A DNA stretch of 64,000 nt from assembly GCA_950097015.1 (NCBI GenBank), contig CATNEN010000001.1, positions 2,542,001 to 2,606,000 on the forward strand, written 5' to 3'. A model generated the notes under the pieces. The model worked only from the letters and a program-made list of their open reading frames with translations. It made no database searches and had not been told where the DNA came from. This stretch comes from Macrostomum hystrix. Taxonomy: Eukaryota > Animalia > Platyhelminthes. This document shows positions 24,844 through 38,300 of this stretch, one piece after another. How positions within the stretch are numbered: the first letter of the stretch is position 1; each line of letters begins with the position of its first letter. The position numbers and the translations under genes were made by a program.

Positions 24844-24845
24844 CC

Positions 24846-24883
<38 letters not shown>

Positions 24884-24897
24884 CCCTTACTTACTCC

Positions 24898-24950
<53 letters not shown>

Positions 24951-25020
24951 GCTGGCTGCGGGTCTAGTGTCACCAAATGATGTGCCATTGCCCGCAGCCC
25001 TCCTGCAAATCTAATAAATA
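24625..25020. repeat. (TTAC)n microsatellite followed by a SINE A 3' fragment (24950-25020)
   Basis: Microsatellite is directly visible; the fragment GCTGGCTGCGGGTCTAGTGTCACCAAATGATGTGCC matches the family A 3' end. Confidence 0.9.
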
Positions 25021-26217
25021 CTATACTAATATCCAAGCACTTCAGGTTGACACAGTTGCAACATAAAACTCAGAATCAGCTGGAGTTGAAATTCGGATCG
25101 GAATCCAATTTAGTCCAATAGGATTGAATTCTATCTAATAAATAATCTATTTTTAGACTAAACCTGAAGACTTTTTCTTTGTCTCAGGGTCTGCTTTGTT
25201 TCTATTGTGGCACACAAAGGAGCTAATAAATGTAATTAAAAATTTTGCGTCATCAGGTACTATTAATAGGTACCTGGAATGCCAGGTATGTCAATTATTA
25301 GATATTCGAAACTGTTATTCAATTATTATTTAATTTAATTATTCGATCGAAGTATGTATTCACGACCTTATTTGTCTTATGACAACATCACGAAGCTGTG
25401 ATAATATTAAAATGAATCTGAAAATAAAACAAACACGAGTTACCATATACTCGTAGGACATATGGAAATAAAGTACTTTCAGTGCTTTAGCCCGCTGTTA
25501 CTATAATTTCTAGTTCGTTGAAATCGTGACATTGCGATAATACGGCTCGTATCATAATAAACCTGGCAATAATATCCCTCTGAAATGAATTTATTACCAT
25601 TTCTTACAATTGAAAACAAAAAAATAGTTTTTTTCGCTGACCTTGCAGCTAAAATTTTATTGGCTGTGCTCGGTCACGTGATTTATGCTGGGTGTAGAAA
25701 ACAGTCAGGGCTTCCCCAATTTGAGATTCTAAAAATAGTAACAACTTTTATTGGATGAGGCAATAAAATATTTATTATCCTATTTCTCCACTCTTTCGCC
25801 AGCAGCAATTATCAATGGGTGTGTTGCGTAATTACGGGCTTCTAAAGAGTATAAATATAGATTTAAAAGTTCTTATGGCTATGAACTGATAACGTCTTCT
25901 AAGCAATATATGATATGAAATGTCGTAAATTCTTATTGATCTCGTCCGCCCAGTGATCTCGAATACTCCGCAAGTCATCCGATACGCTTAAACATTGTGA
26001 CTGTCTAGCCAAGCATGCTAATAGTTGACGAACCGCTAGGACTTCACCTAAAGCAAAAAAGAGACTTACTATGTCTTCTAGCTATAGGCCTATGGATAGT
26101 AACACACATTTTATAAACACGTTTTTAGGGTGTGGCAAATATTTATTTTCAAATACTTTATGTAAGGCCTCTTCTGTTTTATACTTAATACGCTCGTACA
26201 GTTCAGCGAGGCAGAAA

Positions 26218-28610
26218 GATGAGGCAGTGAGGGGGAGATGAGGCAGTGAGGGGTAGATGAGACAGTGAGGGGTAGATGAGACAGTGAGGGGTAGATGAGG
26301 CAGTGAGGGGTAGATGAGACAGTGAGGGGTAGATGAGGCAGTGAGGGGTAGATGAGACAGTGAGGGGTAGATGAGGCAGTGAGGGGTAGATGAGACAGTG
26401 AGGGGTAGATGAGACAGTGAGGGGTAGATGAGACAGTGAGTGGGAGATGAGACAGTGAGTGGGAGATGAGACAGTGAGTGGGAGATGAGACAGTGAGGGG
26501 TAGATGAGACAGTGAGGGGTAGATGAGACAGTGAGGGGTAGATGAGACAGTGAGGGGTAGATGAGGCAGTGAGGGGTAGATGAGACAGTGAGGGGTAGAT
26601 GAGGCAGTGAGGGGTAGATGAGACAGTGAGGGGTAGATGAGACAGTGAGGGGTAGATGAGACAGTGAGTGGGAGATGAGACAGTGAGTGGGAGATGAGAC
26701 AGTGAGTGGGAGATGAGACAGTGAGGGGAAGATGAGACAGTGAGGGGTAGATGAGACAGTGAGGGGTAGATGAGACAGTGAGTGGGAGATGAGACAGTGA
26801 GTGGGAGATGAGACAGTGAGGGGAGATGAGACAGTGAGTGGGAGATGAGACAGTGAGTGGGAGATGAGACAGTGAGGGGTAGATGAGACAGTGAGGGGTA
26901 GATGAGACAGTGAGGGGTAGATGAGACAGTGAGTGGGAGATGAGACAGTGAGTGGGAGATGAGACAGTGAGTTGGAGATGAGACAGTGAGTGGGAGATGA
27001 GACAGTGAGTGGGAGATGAGACAGTGAGGGGAGATGAGACAGTGAGTGGGAGATGAGACAGTGAGTTGGAGATGAGACAGTGAGTGGGAGATGAGACAGT
27101 GAGTGGGAGATGAGACAGTGAGTGGGAGATGAGACAGTGAGGGGTAGATGAGACAGTGAGGGGTAGATGAGACAGTGAGGGGTAGATGAGACAGTGAGGG
27201 GTAGATGAGACAGTGAGTGGGAGATGAGACAGTGAGTGGGAGATGAGACAGTGAGTTGGAGATGAGACAGTGAGTGGGAGATGAGACAGTGAGTGGGAGA
27301 TGAGACAGTGAGGGGTAGATGAGACAGTGAGTGGGAGATGAGACAGTGAGTGGGAGATGAGACAGTGAGTGGGAGATGAGACAGTGAGGGGTAGATGAGA
27401 CAGTGAGGGGTAGATGAGACAGTGAGGGGTAGATGAGACAGTGAGTGGGAGATGAGACAGTGAGTGGGAGATGAGACAGTGAGTTGGAGATGAGACAGTG
27501 AGTGGGAGATGAGACAGTGAGTGGGAGATGAGACAGTGAGGGGTAGATGAGACAGTGAGGGGTAGATGAGACAGTGAGGGGTAGATGAGACAGTGAGTGG
27601 GAGATGAGACAGTGAGTGGGAGATGAGACAGTGAGTTGGAGATGAGACAGTGAGTGGGAGATGAGACAGTGAGTGGGAGATGAGACAGTGAGGGGAGATG
27701 AGACAGTGAGTGGGAGATGAGACAGTGAGTTGGAGATGAGACAGTGAGTGGGAGATGAGACAGTGAGTGGGAGATGAGACAGTGAGTGGGAGATGAGACA
27801 GTGAGGGGTAGATGAGACAGTGAGTGGGAGATGAGACAGTGAGGGGAGATGAGACAGTGAGTGGGAGATGAGACAGTGAGTTGGAGATGAGACAGTGAGT
27901 GGGAGATGAGACAGTGAGTGGGAGATGAGACAGTGAGGGGAGATGAGACAGTGAGGGGTAGAATAGGCAGGGGTAGGTGAGACAGTGAGGGGTAGAATAG
28001 GCAGGGGTAGGTGAGACAGTGAGGGGTAGAATAGACAGGGGTAGGTGAGACAGTGAGGGTTAGAATAGGCAGGGGTAGGTGAGACAGTGAGGGGTAGAAT
28101 AGACAGGGGTAGGTGAGACAGTGAGGGGTAGAATAGACAGGGGTAGGTGAGACAGTGAGGGGTAGAATAGACAGGGGTAGGTGAGACAGTGAGGGGTAGA
28201 ATAGACAGGGGTAGGTGATACAGTGAGGGGTAGAATAGACAGGGGTAGGTGAGACAGTGAGGGTTAGAATAGGCAGGGGTAGGTGAGACAGTGAGGGGTA
28301 GAATAGACAGGGGTAGGTGAGACAGTGAGGGGTAGAATAGGCAGGGGTAGGTGAGACAGTGAGGGGTAGAATAGGCAGGGGTAGGTGAGACAGTGAGGGT
28401 TAGAATAGGCAGGGGTAGGTGAGACAGTGAGGGGTAGAATAGACAGGGGTAGGTGAGACAGTGAGGGGTAGAATAGACAGGGGTAGGTGAGACAGTGAGG
28501 GGTAGAATAGGCAGGGGTAGGTGAGACAGTGAGGGGTAGAATAGACAGGGGTAGGTGAGACAGTGAGGGGTAGAATAGACAGGGGTAGGTGAGACAGTGA
28601 GGGGTAGATG
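26218..28610. repeat. 19-bp minisatellite (GATGAGACAGTGAGGGGTA)n changing to a 34-bp derivative at ~27960
   Basis: Direct tandem copies. Confidence 0.95.
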
Positions 28611-28934
28611 AGGCAGTTATAATTAAAGTAATTTTTCAATTTGAACTGAGATTACCGCTTATCTAACTGGACTCGCGCCAAACTCGCCAAAGCACAGGTA
28701 GGAAGAACGGAGAGACAAAGTATTTGCAGGACAGAAAAGTGATTAGGTCAAGGAAATTAAAGCCAAGGATTATAATCCTAAATTTGTTGTAGTGCAGCAA
28801 CTTGTACTTATTTTAAAGGCATTTATTACTCCTGCATAACTAAATCACAATTATTGAATCAGAACAGCTTCGCGCTGGCCTAGCTTCTCTGAATCCGCAG
28901 AAGAAGATTTCGTAAAGTAGCTAAAATAAGAAAA

Positions 28935-29660
28935 GTGAGAGTTGAGAGTGGAGAGATGTAGATTGAGAGTTGAGAGTTGGAGAGTTGGAGAGTTGAGAGT
29001 TGGAGAGATGTAGAGTGAGAGTTGGAGAGTTGGAGAGATGTAGAGTGAGAGTTGAGAGTGGAGAGATGTAGAGTGAGAGTTGGAGAGTTGGAGAGATGTA
29101 GAGTGAGAGTTGGAGAGTTGGAGAGTTGGAGAGTGAGAGTTGAGAGTTGGAGAGATGGAGAGTGAGAGTTGAGAGTTGGAGAGATGTAGAGTGAGAGTTG
29201 GAGAGTTGGAGAGATGGAGAGTGAGAGTTGGAGAGATGTAGAGTGAGAGTTGGAGAGTTGGAGAGATGTAGAGTGAGAGTTGAGAGTGGAGAGATGTAGA
29301 GTGAGAGTTGAGAGTGGAGAGATGTAGAGTGAGAGTTGGAGAGTTGGAGAGTTGGAGAGTGAGAGTTGAGAGTTGGAGAGATGGAGAGTGAGAGTTGAGA
29401 GTTGGAGAGATGGAGAGTGAGAGTTGGAGAGAAGGAGAGTTGGAGAGATGTAGAGTGAGAGTTGGAGAGTTGGAGAGATGGAGAGTGAGAGTTGGAGAGA
29501 TGTAGAGTGAGAGTTGGAGAGTTGGAGAGATGTAGAGTGAGAGTTGAGAGTGGAGAGATGTAGAGTGAGAGTTGAGAGTGGAGAGATGTAGAGTGAGAGT
29601 TGAGAGTGGAGAGATGTATAGAGTGAGAGTTGGACAGTTGGAGAGATGTAGAGTGACAGT
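28935..29660. repeat. GA-rich compound repeat
   Basis: GAGTTGGAGA and GATGTAGAGT units. Confidence 0.9.
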
Positions 29661-30817
29661 TGGATGGAGCCAGCTTAGTCTAGTGAAAATTCAGAGCGAA
29701 AATGTAGTGACGACGGACGGGAATACACCCAGTATCTGTGTTATTCTTATTTTTTCAACGTAAAAAATCTCACGTGCTTAGTTACTTTTCGAAAGAAATA
29801 AAACTTGTGCTGCTGTTAACGAACGAATGACACACAATGTCACCATTTATTTCAGTTACTCACTTTTAATGTGATGACTTTGAGCTGATCCTGTTAAATT
29901 ACACGGGAAATTCGAAAAAATGAAGCCCTAATGACTCTGACTTATAGTTTTTTGCCCAGCCTATATGAAAATTATGCTCTTTTCACTTGTAATTTTTGCT
30001 CATAGTTTAATTATCAAATACGATACGATTTTTTCATTAAGCCCCGGCTTAACTATTAACTGAAAATAGATACTAGAACTTTAGCTTAATTTCTAGTGCG
30101 TCTCTAGCTATACATTTTGAAAAACAACGCTGGTAATAGCACCCGCATCAAACAAAGCGGAAGTGATATCGAATCAATGTTAAGAGGATACAGCTGATGA
30201 ACACACACAGAAGTGAGGCAATCAGTCTACGATTTGAAGTATACAGCACTCCCTCTGTGGCAAAAGAAAAGGAAGCACTTTATTATAAAAATCCTGAGAA
30301 GTATATCCTTCAGTAACTAAGACTGCAGCATTGAGTTTAAATTCTGACTAAATTCTAGTTTAAAAAATGATACAATTTTTTTTCATTTTGTTGCAGCTGC
30401 AGGTGCGATGTTTTCTCGATGTATATATTGAGCATCGCACGCACAGCAGAAAGTGTCAATAACCACTCGTTTTTTCGACAAAAACTATAGCCCATGGTTA
30501 AAAAAAGAATTGTGTTGAAGGCGATTTTCTGCTCTGTGTGAAAACCACAATTTAAATGTACTTTTAATTAGTAAAGTTTAGTTTAACGTCACATTTGCTC
30601 ACGCCAAATAATGTAATGTAAATAAAATTAAATGTAAAACATTGTAGATTTCTCCTAAATTTGTTTTAGAAAACAGTGTGAAATTTATCGATATCTGATA
30701 TACGAAGTACTATAGTAATCAGTCTAGACCACAGTTTATAAAATAATTGGCTTAAAAGCTAATTTACTGGCTTCAAATCGTGTAGTAACGTATTACACTA
30801 TTATTACTATCATTTAT

Positions 30818-31226
30818 GTATACGCGAGAGAAGGCCCTGGACGCGCTGTACAGGTCCCTGCTGCGCCACGCCCTGGGCGTGCACTACCTGGAGAGGCTGC
30901 CGTCCAGAAATCTGATGGTTCGTGCCGGCGGCCCGGCCCTGAGCGTCAGGCCTGCGCCGGCGCCGCCAGATGCTGCAAGGCTACTGTCTGAGGAGTCACG
31001 GTCGCGGCGAGCGAAACCCGCTTGCTCTGGTCCTCCTGCACCAGCCGACCGAGCGGCTGCGCCGCGGCCAAGGAAGAACCGTGACGCTGAATGCCACACT
31101 GTTGGCTGACTTGCAGGCCATCTGACTTGATCCCCAGTCCGCCATGGCCTGCCCCTCCCAACTGTTCTGCGAGCGCGCGCGCGCAAAAGCTATCTAAGTT
31201 TCTGCGTCTATATATATATATATATA
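30818..31226 (+). mobile_element. Decayed 3' fragment of a non-LTR retrotransposon (RTE-like)
   Basis: GC-rich island. Frameshift-joined translation EKALDALYRSLLRHALGVHY...LSVRLRRRRQMLQGYCLR...LALVLLHQPTERLRRGQGRTVT...LLADL resembles the post-RT C-terminus of RTE-type LINEs; it has an internal stop and ends in (TA)n. Confidence 0.65.
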
Positions 31227-32405
31227 GTTATGTAGTGTTATATAATGTGAAAGGTTTTTGTCGAGCTGGATAAAGAGTGTTGCGTTAACAGTTCTAAGTA
31301 TCATGAGAGGAGCTCATGCATTTAAGTGACTGAATAACTTCATAAACACGAATTGTCTATTGGTCTTCTCGTGCATCAATACCGATCATGAATTATTTGA
31401 TAATTTTTCACCTGGTGAGATAAGAACTTAGTTTTAGTAATGACATTTTGAGAAAGCTTTTCATGGACTATAAAGGATCTTCGTTGTCAGAGCGATATTT
31501 CGAAAGAAAGTTTACTTTTCCACTTGTTTTTATCGTAAGCAGGTAAAAGCGAAAACTTTTCCACTTGTTTCTATCGTAATCAGTTAAAAGCGAAAAACGA
31601 ATTACATGTAAAAATAATCTTCTCCAGACCTTATTGCGATTGATTTTTGCAATATCGCTTACGTTTGTTATAGCCACATTTGTAATATTTCGGTTCATGA
31701 ATGTTTCTTTGAAAGACGGAGGGTTGTTAACAGCTTGATAGCTTTTAGAAGGCATTCGTTTAACTAATTAAACAAAAAATCACAACGCACTATTGTCTGA
31801 CTGTAAGCTTTAAGGAATCGAAACTGAAGTTGTCTTTAGCCTGGCTCAATAAAAAATTCGTGGCCATGTAAGATGGAAAGGCCGCAGGCGTACCTTACTT
31901 AGTGATTAAGTTTTTCTTCGACATTTTCAAAATGAATTAGGGTCTCCCTGAACCCTATGGTTCTATATTATAGGCCTAACTTATATGATAATCTCAGTAC
32001 CATAATAAGATGCATCTTTTATGTAGAGAGTAGAGTGCATCTGATAATTTAAAAAATTTTTCGGAAAAAATCTGCTAGGCCCTACCTAAGCTCAGGCTGC
32101 TCAGGGAAGGGCTAAAGCGCAGTCAAAATATGATCAAAGTGATTAAGTTCTTGACAGACTTTAAATTTGGCATTTGGTAGAAGCATTACTATTGATTTAA
32201 ATGGAACAATAGGCTAGCCATAGGATCAAGCAAAGCCATATGTTTAAAAAGTCAAAACTCAGTATTTTCATATTTTTGCTCTTGGCCTTGAAGTTAGAAT
32301 ATCACAATAGCCAATCACAATATGCGAGTAGAGTACAAAAGCCACTAACATGGAATTGGGTGAGTGTCATTAAGTCTAGAACAGCCAAACAGATTTAAAT
32401 GGAAA

Positions 32406-32694
32406 CATACATGCGCAACCTCCCAAATTTTAGCCAGCCATGCGACTTAGTTTTTGCTCTCATTTGTGACTTAGGGGCCTAGTTTGTTTCATTGCTCTAT
32501 TTACAACTTAGTTTGCTCTCATTTGCTCTCTTTTTCTCTCCCCTTTTTCCCTTTCTTCACGCCTTCCTTTTTTGTCCCTTGGTCCCCCCTTTGATTTTTT
32601 TGCGCTTGGTCTATTGGTTTTTGCGACTTACCTTGCTTGGCCCTTGTTTCACCTGGCCAGTTCGGCCGGGTCGGCCGGGTGTTGCGCATGTATG
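32406..32694. mobile_element. hAT-type MITE (289 bp)
   Basis: Perfect 14-bp TIR CATACATGCGCAAC (32406-32419 / 32681-32694) and 8-bp TSD AATGGAAA (32398-32405, 32695-32702). Confidence 0.9.
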
Positions 32695-33966
32695 AATGGA
32701 AATAAGAAACCTTACAAAAAGGGGTAATCCTGAGAAAAACAAGACAAAAAAGAAAGGGACAAAGGATACCAAAAAAGAAAAGTACTGCCACATAACCCAC
32801 ATTTCTATTGGTATTATGTATGCCAATTAACTTTAGTCCAATCTAGAATATGTGTGATTTATCATTGAAATGGTTGTTATCCAAAACTCAAATAATAAGC
32901 AAGGTCCTTCTTTGAATTATATGCAAAAGAGAAATGTTCTAGTTTCAGAAGACAACTATTTTTAAGAAGAAATCAACCCTAAAAATGATTGTCATCTGAA
33001 ACCTGATATTCAAATTATTAAATACACAAGGTGCTACTTTCGTCATTTTAAATTTCAAAAGTGCTCAAACTCAAAACCATAATTGCTGGCTTAAGTGTTT
33101 GCTTTTGAATCTTTGGAAACCATAAGTAATGTTGCTTCATAAATTTCAACTTCATTTCTTTAGAACTTTTTTGATTGTCATTTGATTTCATAATTTTCAT
33201 CCAATAGAATGCTGGACCATCAAAGGAATGATGAAACAATGTCATTTTGTGGCCTAAAAAATTGACAAATGTGATATTTGGGTAGAACTATTTCATTTTG
33301 AATAGCACTATGATGACATATTCAATGTAATTTCTAGGTTTCCTTGACAGCCAATGGTCAGTAGGACAATAGCAGCATATAAAAAACTAAAATGTCTAGC
33401 TAGGCCTAAATAATTTATTCCATGAAGTTTTGCATTGGCATTTTTTAATAAATGGAGCACATTTTATCTTATAGAACTTTTGTTGATCTCTTTAATAGTG
33501 TAATTAATAATTGATATAACAAATCTGCCTAGCTATATTCTCTCTATGCTATTTAATTCTATCATTTTGTTTTGATAGTTTCATGCATTCTTAAATGCCT
33601 TTATTGATTGTTTTTCTATATGGCAATTATATTTAAAAAATAACTATATTAATTTGCTAACAAACATCAATGAACTTTTTAAATGCTAGTTTTTGTCTAG
33701 TGGCTATTGTTGCAGAGTGATAAAAGTATATTTAAAACAGGAAATTATAATAAGTAGCCTTTACTCAGTTAATTTTACACAAACTGTACATAAAGCTTGA
33801 CTTATATAAATTTTAGTTTGTACATAATCTTCTTTGAGCTTTAAATATATAGGTTTTTTAATAAAAAATATAGACTGAAATCAATAGAGATAAAGCCACT
33901 TAAAAAGACAGTGTTTTAATTAATAATTGTTCTCGTATTAATAACATGAGCCTAATTTTCAGCCCA

Positions 33967-34662
33967 ATGAGCCAAAAGCAACAGCAGCAGCAACAGGGTG
34001 GTAGTTCAGGCGCTGCTGCCTCTGCTGCGGCCTCTTCTTCCGCGCCTGCAGCTGCTGACAGCGCCACATCCGATTCAGTCGACGTTCAAAGTGTTCGCAG
34101 ACTTTTAAACGAATGCGGCGTCTTCGACTACGAGCCGGCTGTAGTGCAGCAGCTGGTTGAGTTCATGTATCGCTATTGCACCGACCTGCTAGACGATGCC
34201 AAGGCTTACTCCCAGCATGCTGGAAAAAAGTCTGTCGACATTGAAGATTTAAAGTTAGCCTCCGCTTGTCACGCAGATTTGGATCTGGTGTCGCCGCCAC
34301 CGCGCGAGTTATTGAGCGAAGTTGCTCAGACTAAGAATGCTCAACCTTTGCCACCAATTAAGACTTATTGCGGTGTTCGCCTACCGCCAGAGAAGTTCTG
34401 CTTGACGCAGCCAAATTATAAAGCTAAATTGCGCAAAGCCGAGGCTAGAACAGCCGTTGTAGCTTCTCCGGCTAGCGCTAGCAATAGAATGATATCTACC
34501 CCGTCCGCAATGTCGGCTAGGTCCTCGGCTCGAGCATCCGCTGCTGCCGCTTTTGCTAGTCCTGGAGCTGGGGCATCGGCTGCCGCCACAGCTGCAGCTT
34601 CAGCGGCTACGCCAGTGTCTAATGTTGGCAGTTTAAAAAGAAAATTTTCCGAAACCGAATAA
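33967..34662 (+). CDS. TAF9: Transcription initiation factor TFIID subunit 9
   Basis: Histone-fold region DVQSVRRLLNECGVFDYEPAVVQQLVEFMYRY...DAKAYSQHAGKKSVDIEDLKLA followed by PPPRELL...KNAQPLPPIK...GVRLPPEKFCLTQPNY. Acceptor TTTTCAG 4 nt before the ATG at 33967 (alternative ATG at 33946). Confidence 0.95.
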   Translation: MSQKQQQQQQGGSSGAAASAAASSSAPAAADSATSDSVDVQSVRRLLNECGVFDYEPAVVQQLVEFMYRYCTDLLDDAKAYSQHAGKKSVDIEDLKLASACHADLDLVSPPPRELLSEVAQTKNAQPLPPIKTYCGVRLPPEKFCLTQPNYKAKLRKAEARTAVVASPASASNRMISTPSAMSARSSARASAAAAFASPGAGASAAATAAASAATPVSNVGSLKRKFSETE

Positions 34663-35260
34663 TCTCTTTGCTTCTGTATAATTGGCTCTGAAGTTTCGCT
34701 TTTATACTGTACCTGGTTAATCAATAAGGGTTGCTATCTAGCTTTCCTTTGTGTGTATTTGTATTCTTATTGCTAGATAAAATTGTTGTTATTAAAGCGA
34801 AATATGTACTGTCCTTTAGTGTGAGCAAGAGGTACTCATTTTTTATCTGGCAGCTTGTTTACAAAATACTAATAATACCTTCGAACTTTGCAATTGGTTA
34901 AAGTTAAATAGTGTTCGAGGTGCTAGTTACTCTTATTCTAATTGTTCAACAGCTTGCAGTAATAAATCAATAATAAGAGCTATGTTAGCGTGAGATTTCC
35001 ATTTGTTTAACAGGACTGTACATATATCCATTGGAACTTGTGTACAAACACAAATATAAATACAATCTGAACTGTTGCTTTTGTTTGCTAGAAAAGTGTA
35101 CGTGAATATTTATATATATACGTAAGAGTTTAATTTATTTTTATTAAATCAATTTAGACCACTTCAATTCGGCGCTTTATCAAATCTGTTAAACATACAG
35201 CTTAAAAAAGAAATTTTCCTTTGACAAATTGAAGCCAAAAATTTAAATTATTGGTTTCAG

Positions 35261-35325
35261 GAAGAAGGTGATCCGTCACCTGAGCAGCCGCAGCAGCAGC
35301 AACAGCCGCAGCAGCCGCAGTCGCA

Positions 35326-35389
<64 letters not shown>

Positions 35390-38300
35390 GCGCAGTTGCG
35401 CAAGTCACTTTGGTCGTCTATTCGTCGCCTTCGCACTATCGTTGAGCGTCTGATATTGTTAGATAATCCCAGCGCTAATTCTGCGGTTGAGCGTTGCTTA
35501 GCGGCACTGAACGCTGAAGCGGATCAATTAAATGCGTTTGACAATAACAGAGATAGTTCCAAAGCTGCTGATGCTAGCGATGCGAAAGGCAATGTGCCGA
35601 TTATCAAGAAGACGTCGACATTAGCGGAACCTTCAAACTATGTCGTGACTGACGGTGATAAAAGCTTAAACAATAATGTCGGTAAAAATTCACTGACTGT
35701 TGAACGGCGCACAGTTCTTGAACCTCCGGCCGCTGATGATAGAGTTGCTGAAAATGATTACTTTGGCTATTCTGTAAAACAAGCTAAAAGTGGTGCCGAT
35801 GATTCAGACACAATCAGTCAAACAGCGAGTGATTCAATAGATGAGGATTGTGACTGTTGGCCAGAATTTGCTCTGCTTTTGCCTTCGTTGACTATTCATC
35901 CTTCAGTCACGGGTTTTGAATGCGTCAGCATCAGTCACGTGACTCAAACTCCGTTCGGCATCTCATTTCTGACAAACGTTGGTAAGCCAGTCATTTTCCT
36001 ACGAAGCGCCTCAGATGAGTACAGATGTGTCTCGCTAGATTCAAAGCCGCTAGACTTCTTCGTACCATTGACATGGCAGCCACTTCTTCTACTAGTTCAA
36101 CAGAAGCAGAGTAAAATCTCTCGTCTGCAGCTTATGCATTGGTCGCAAGAAATGAATGACAAAATGGGCGAAGAAGCTGCCAGCATTGTTGTACCGGCAG
36201 AGGTTGGTAAACCCATCGCTGCCGATCGGATGCCAGAAGTAAAGGACAACGAAAATTCAAAAGAGGAAGTCTTTCGTGAACTGCGAGCCCTTATTTTAAC
36301 AGATACTGGCCACTTGCTGGCGCTGTCGGTGTTCGCTTCAGCCAGAACAGTAGTTGACTGCGGCCTCTCCACCGATCTGGTGCCTTGTAAACTTTTCACT
36401 TCAGCTTCGCCAGCGTCCGTACAGCTTCGGTGCTTACCGTCTGTGGATCTGGCAGTAATCGTTGCTTTTGACATCGGAGTTGGCGTCATTGTCGAGGTCA
36501 GTAGTGGCATTGAACAGCGACGCTTTGTCATAGACCTACCTGTTGGCGCTGAGCGTCTTCTATCCTGTCATCTCGCAGCATCTCATAGCTCGAGCCTTTT
36601 TGCTGTTGCCGTTGCTGGTGGCTGCGTTAGTCTGCGTGACGCCCATGACGACGACTGTTCTGCCATAGGAAGATTTCGACCGACAACAACTGGACTAATT
36701 CTTGCTGGATTGGCTGACGCTGGCGATGTCGTCAGCTTTATTGATAGCTCCGATTCATCAAAGCTGCTGTTGCATCGATACAAAAGGCTTGCTGCCATCG
36801 ACTCTAATTTCGATGTCGCTGCACTATGTCGATCGAACCATCAATTTTGTCTTGTCACATCAGTCGAGTCGCAATTTCGCGAGCATCAAGGTGCTAGTAT
36901 AAAAGCATCGCTGTGGCTTCCCGTGAGTGCGTCATGGATTTCTGTTCTGCGTGCTAACGAAAATGGTCAACCAACTCTTCTGGCTGCCATCAATAACACA
37001 GGCGACCTAATATTGTCGTCGGATGCAAGCGGTATTGCTAAAATTGCTACTGGTGTTTCTGTACGTTTAGCTCGCGCTGCTGTGTTTCAAACCTATTACA
37101 ATCGCGATATTATTGGTATTGTTGCCGTATCCACACTGGAGCCTAATACGTTGCAACTGTTTGATTCAGTCAGTGGTCTAGTAGCCTCTATGGCACTTGG
37201 CGGAGGCATTGCTGCGATATGTATAACACCAAAAATTGATCGCATTTTTGCTGCTTTGATGTCTCCAGTTGCCAGCATGGATGTATTAGTAGTGCAGCGT
37301 GTTCAAATTGTTCTATTGCGCGTTCGCTCTTCAGCCGGTGGTCTTTGTCTGACTGCTGATTCACAGGCGAATATTTTACTGTCGCTACCAACTCTGACGG
37401 CACCGATTGATATGTGCTGCTTGCCGGACCGAGAGGCAATCTTATTGGCGTTCATTAATTACGTCGAAGTTTTTGATTGTTTTGATGGTCGGCTACTAAG
37501 ACATTTAGACCTGAGTGCAACGCCCCTAGTACCCTGGCCGCCTCAGCAGCAAGTCTTGAGTCCATTGGGCGAGCCGTCAAGTTTCGCAGTTCTGACTGGC
37601 AGTGATCGAATCCGCTTAATTTTTAATATTGATGCAGACATTGAAAGTGAGTTTGACGTGAACGAAGGCAATGATGTGTATTTGACTCAAGTATCTAAGA
37701 CTGCACGCTGGTCACTAGCTGGTTATGTTGACGGTCGCCTATTTTGTTCAAATTTTCGGCTTCTCAATAGAACTTCTGAGGAAAGCATAGTTTCCATGGA
37801 ACTGCTATCGCTAGACGCGCCACTTTTTCGAGACGTCAAATTTGTTAGTCCATCCATGCCACTGTCGCTAATGCCATCGCCACCGGATGTGAGACAAAAG
37901 CCGATGGCTGTTCGAATATCTAATTCTGTCTTCGAGCTGCGCTTGCCAGATCTTACCGGCTGTTGCAGAATCGAAGAATGCCCATGCACTGTAGAACTCT
38001 TTCTGACTGAAGTTGGGAATGCTACTAATGCTAAAATTTATTGTCTCTTTGCCGTTTGTGGACCCAGTGACGATGACTATGAAGCCTGTAGTTTAAGTGC
38101 TCGATCGATAACTTTGACTGAGCTTCTATTACTTTTAGTATCAAATCGTGTATTATCATTTGAGCAATTATTTGCAAATAAAGTCGGTCTAGATCACGAA
38201 AAGGCCAACACCAGCTTGACTGGGCTACCAAAAGTTGACTTTCGTGGGCAAATACTAGCTGCAGTGTCTAGTCCGCTTGGTCAAAGATGTGTAGTCTACG

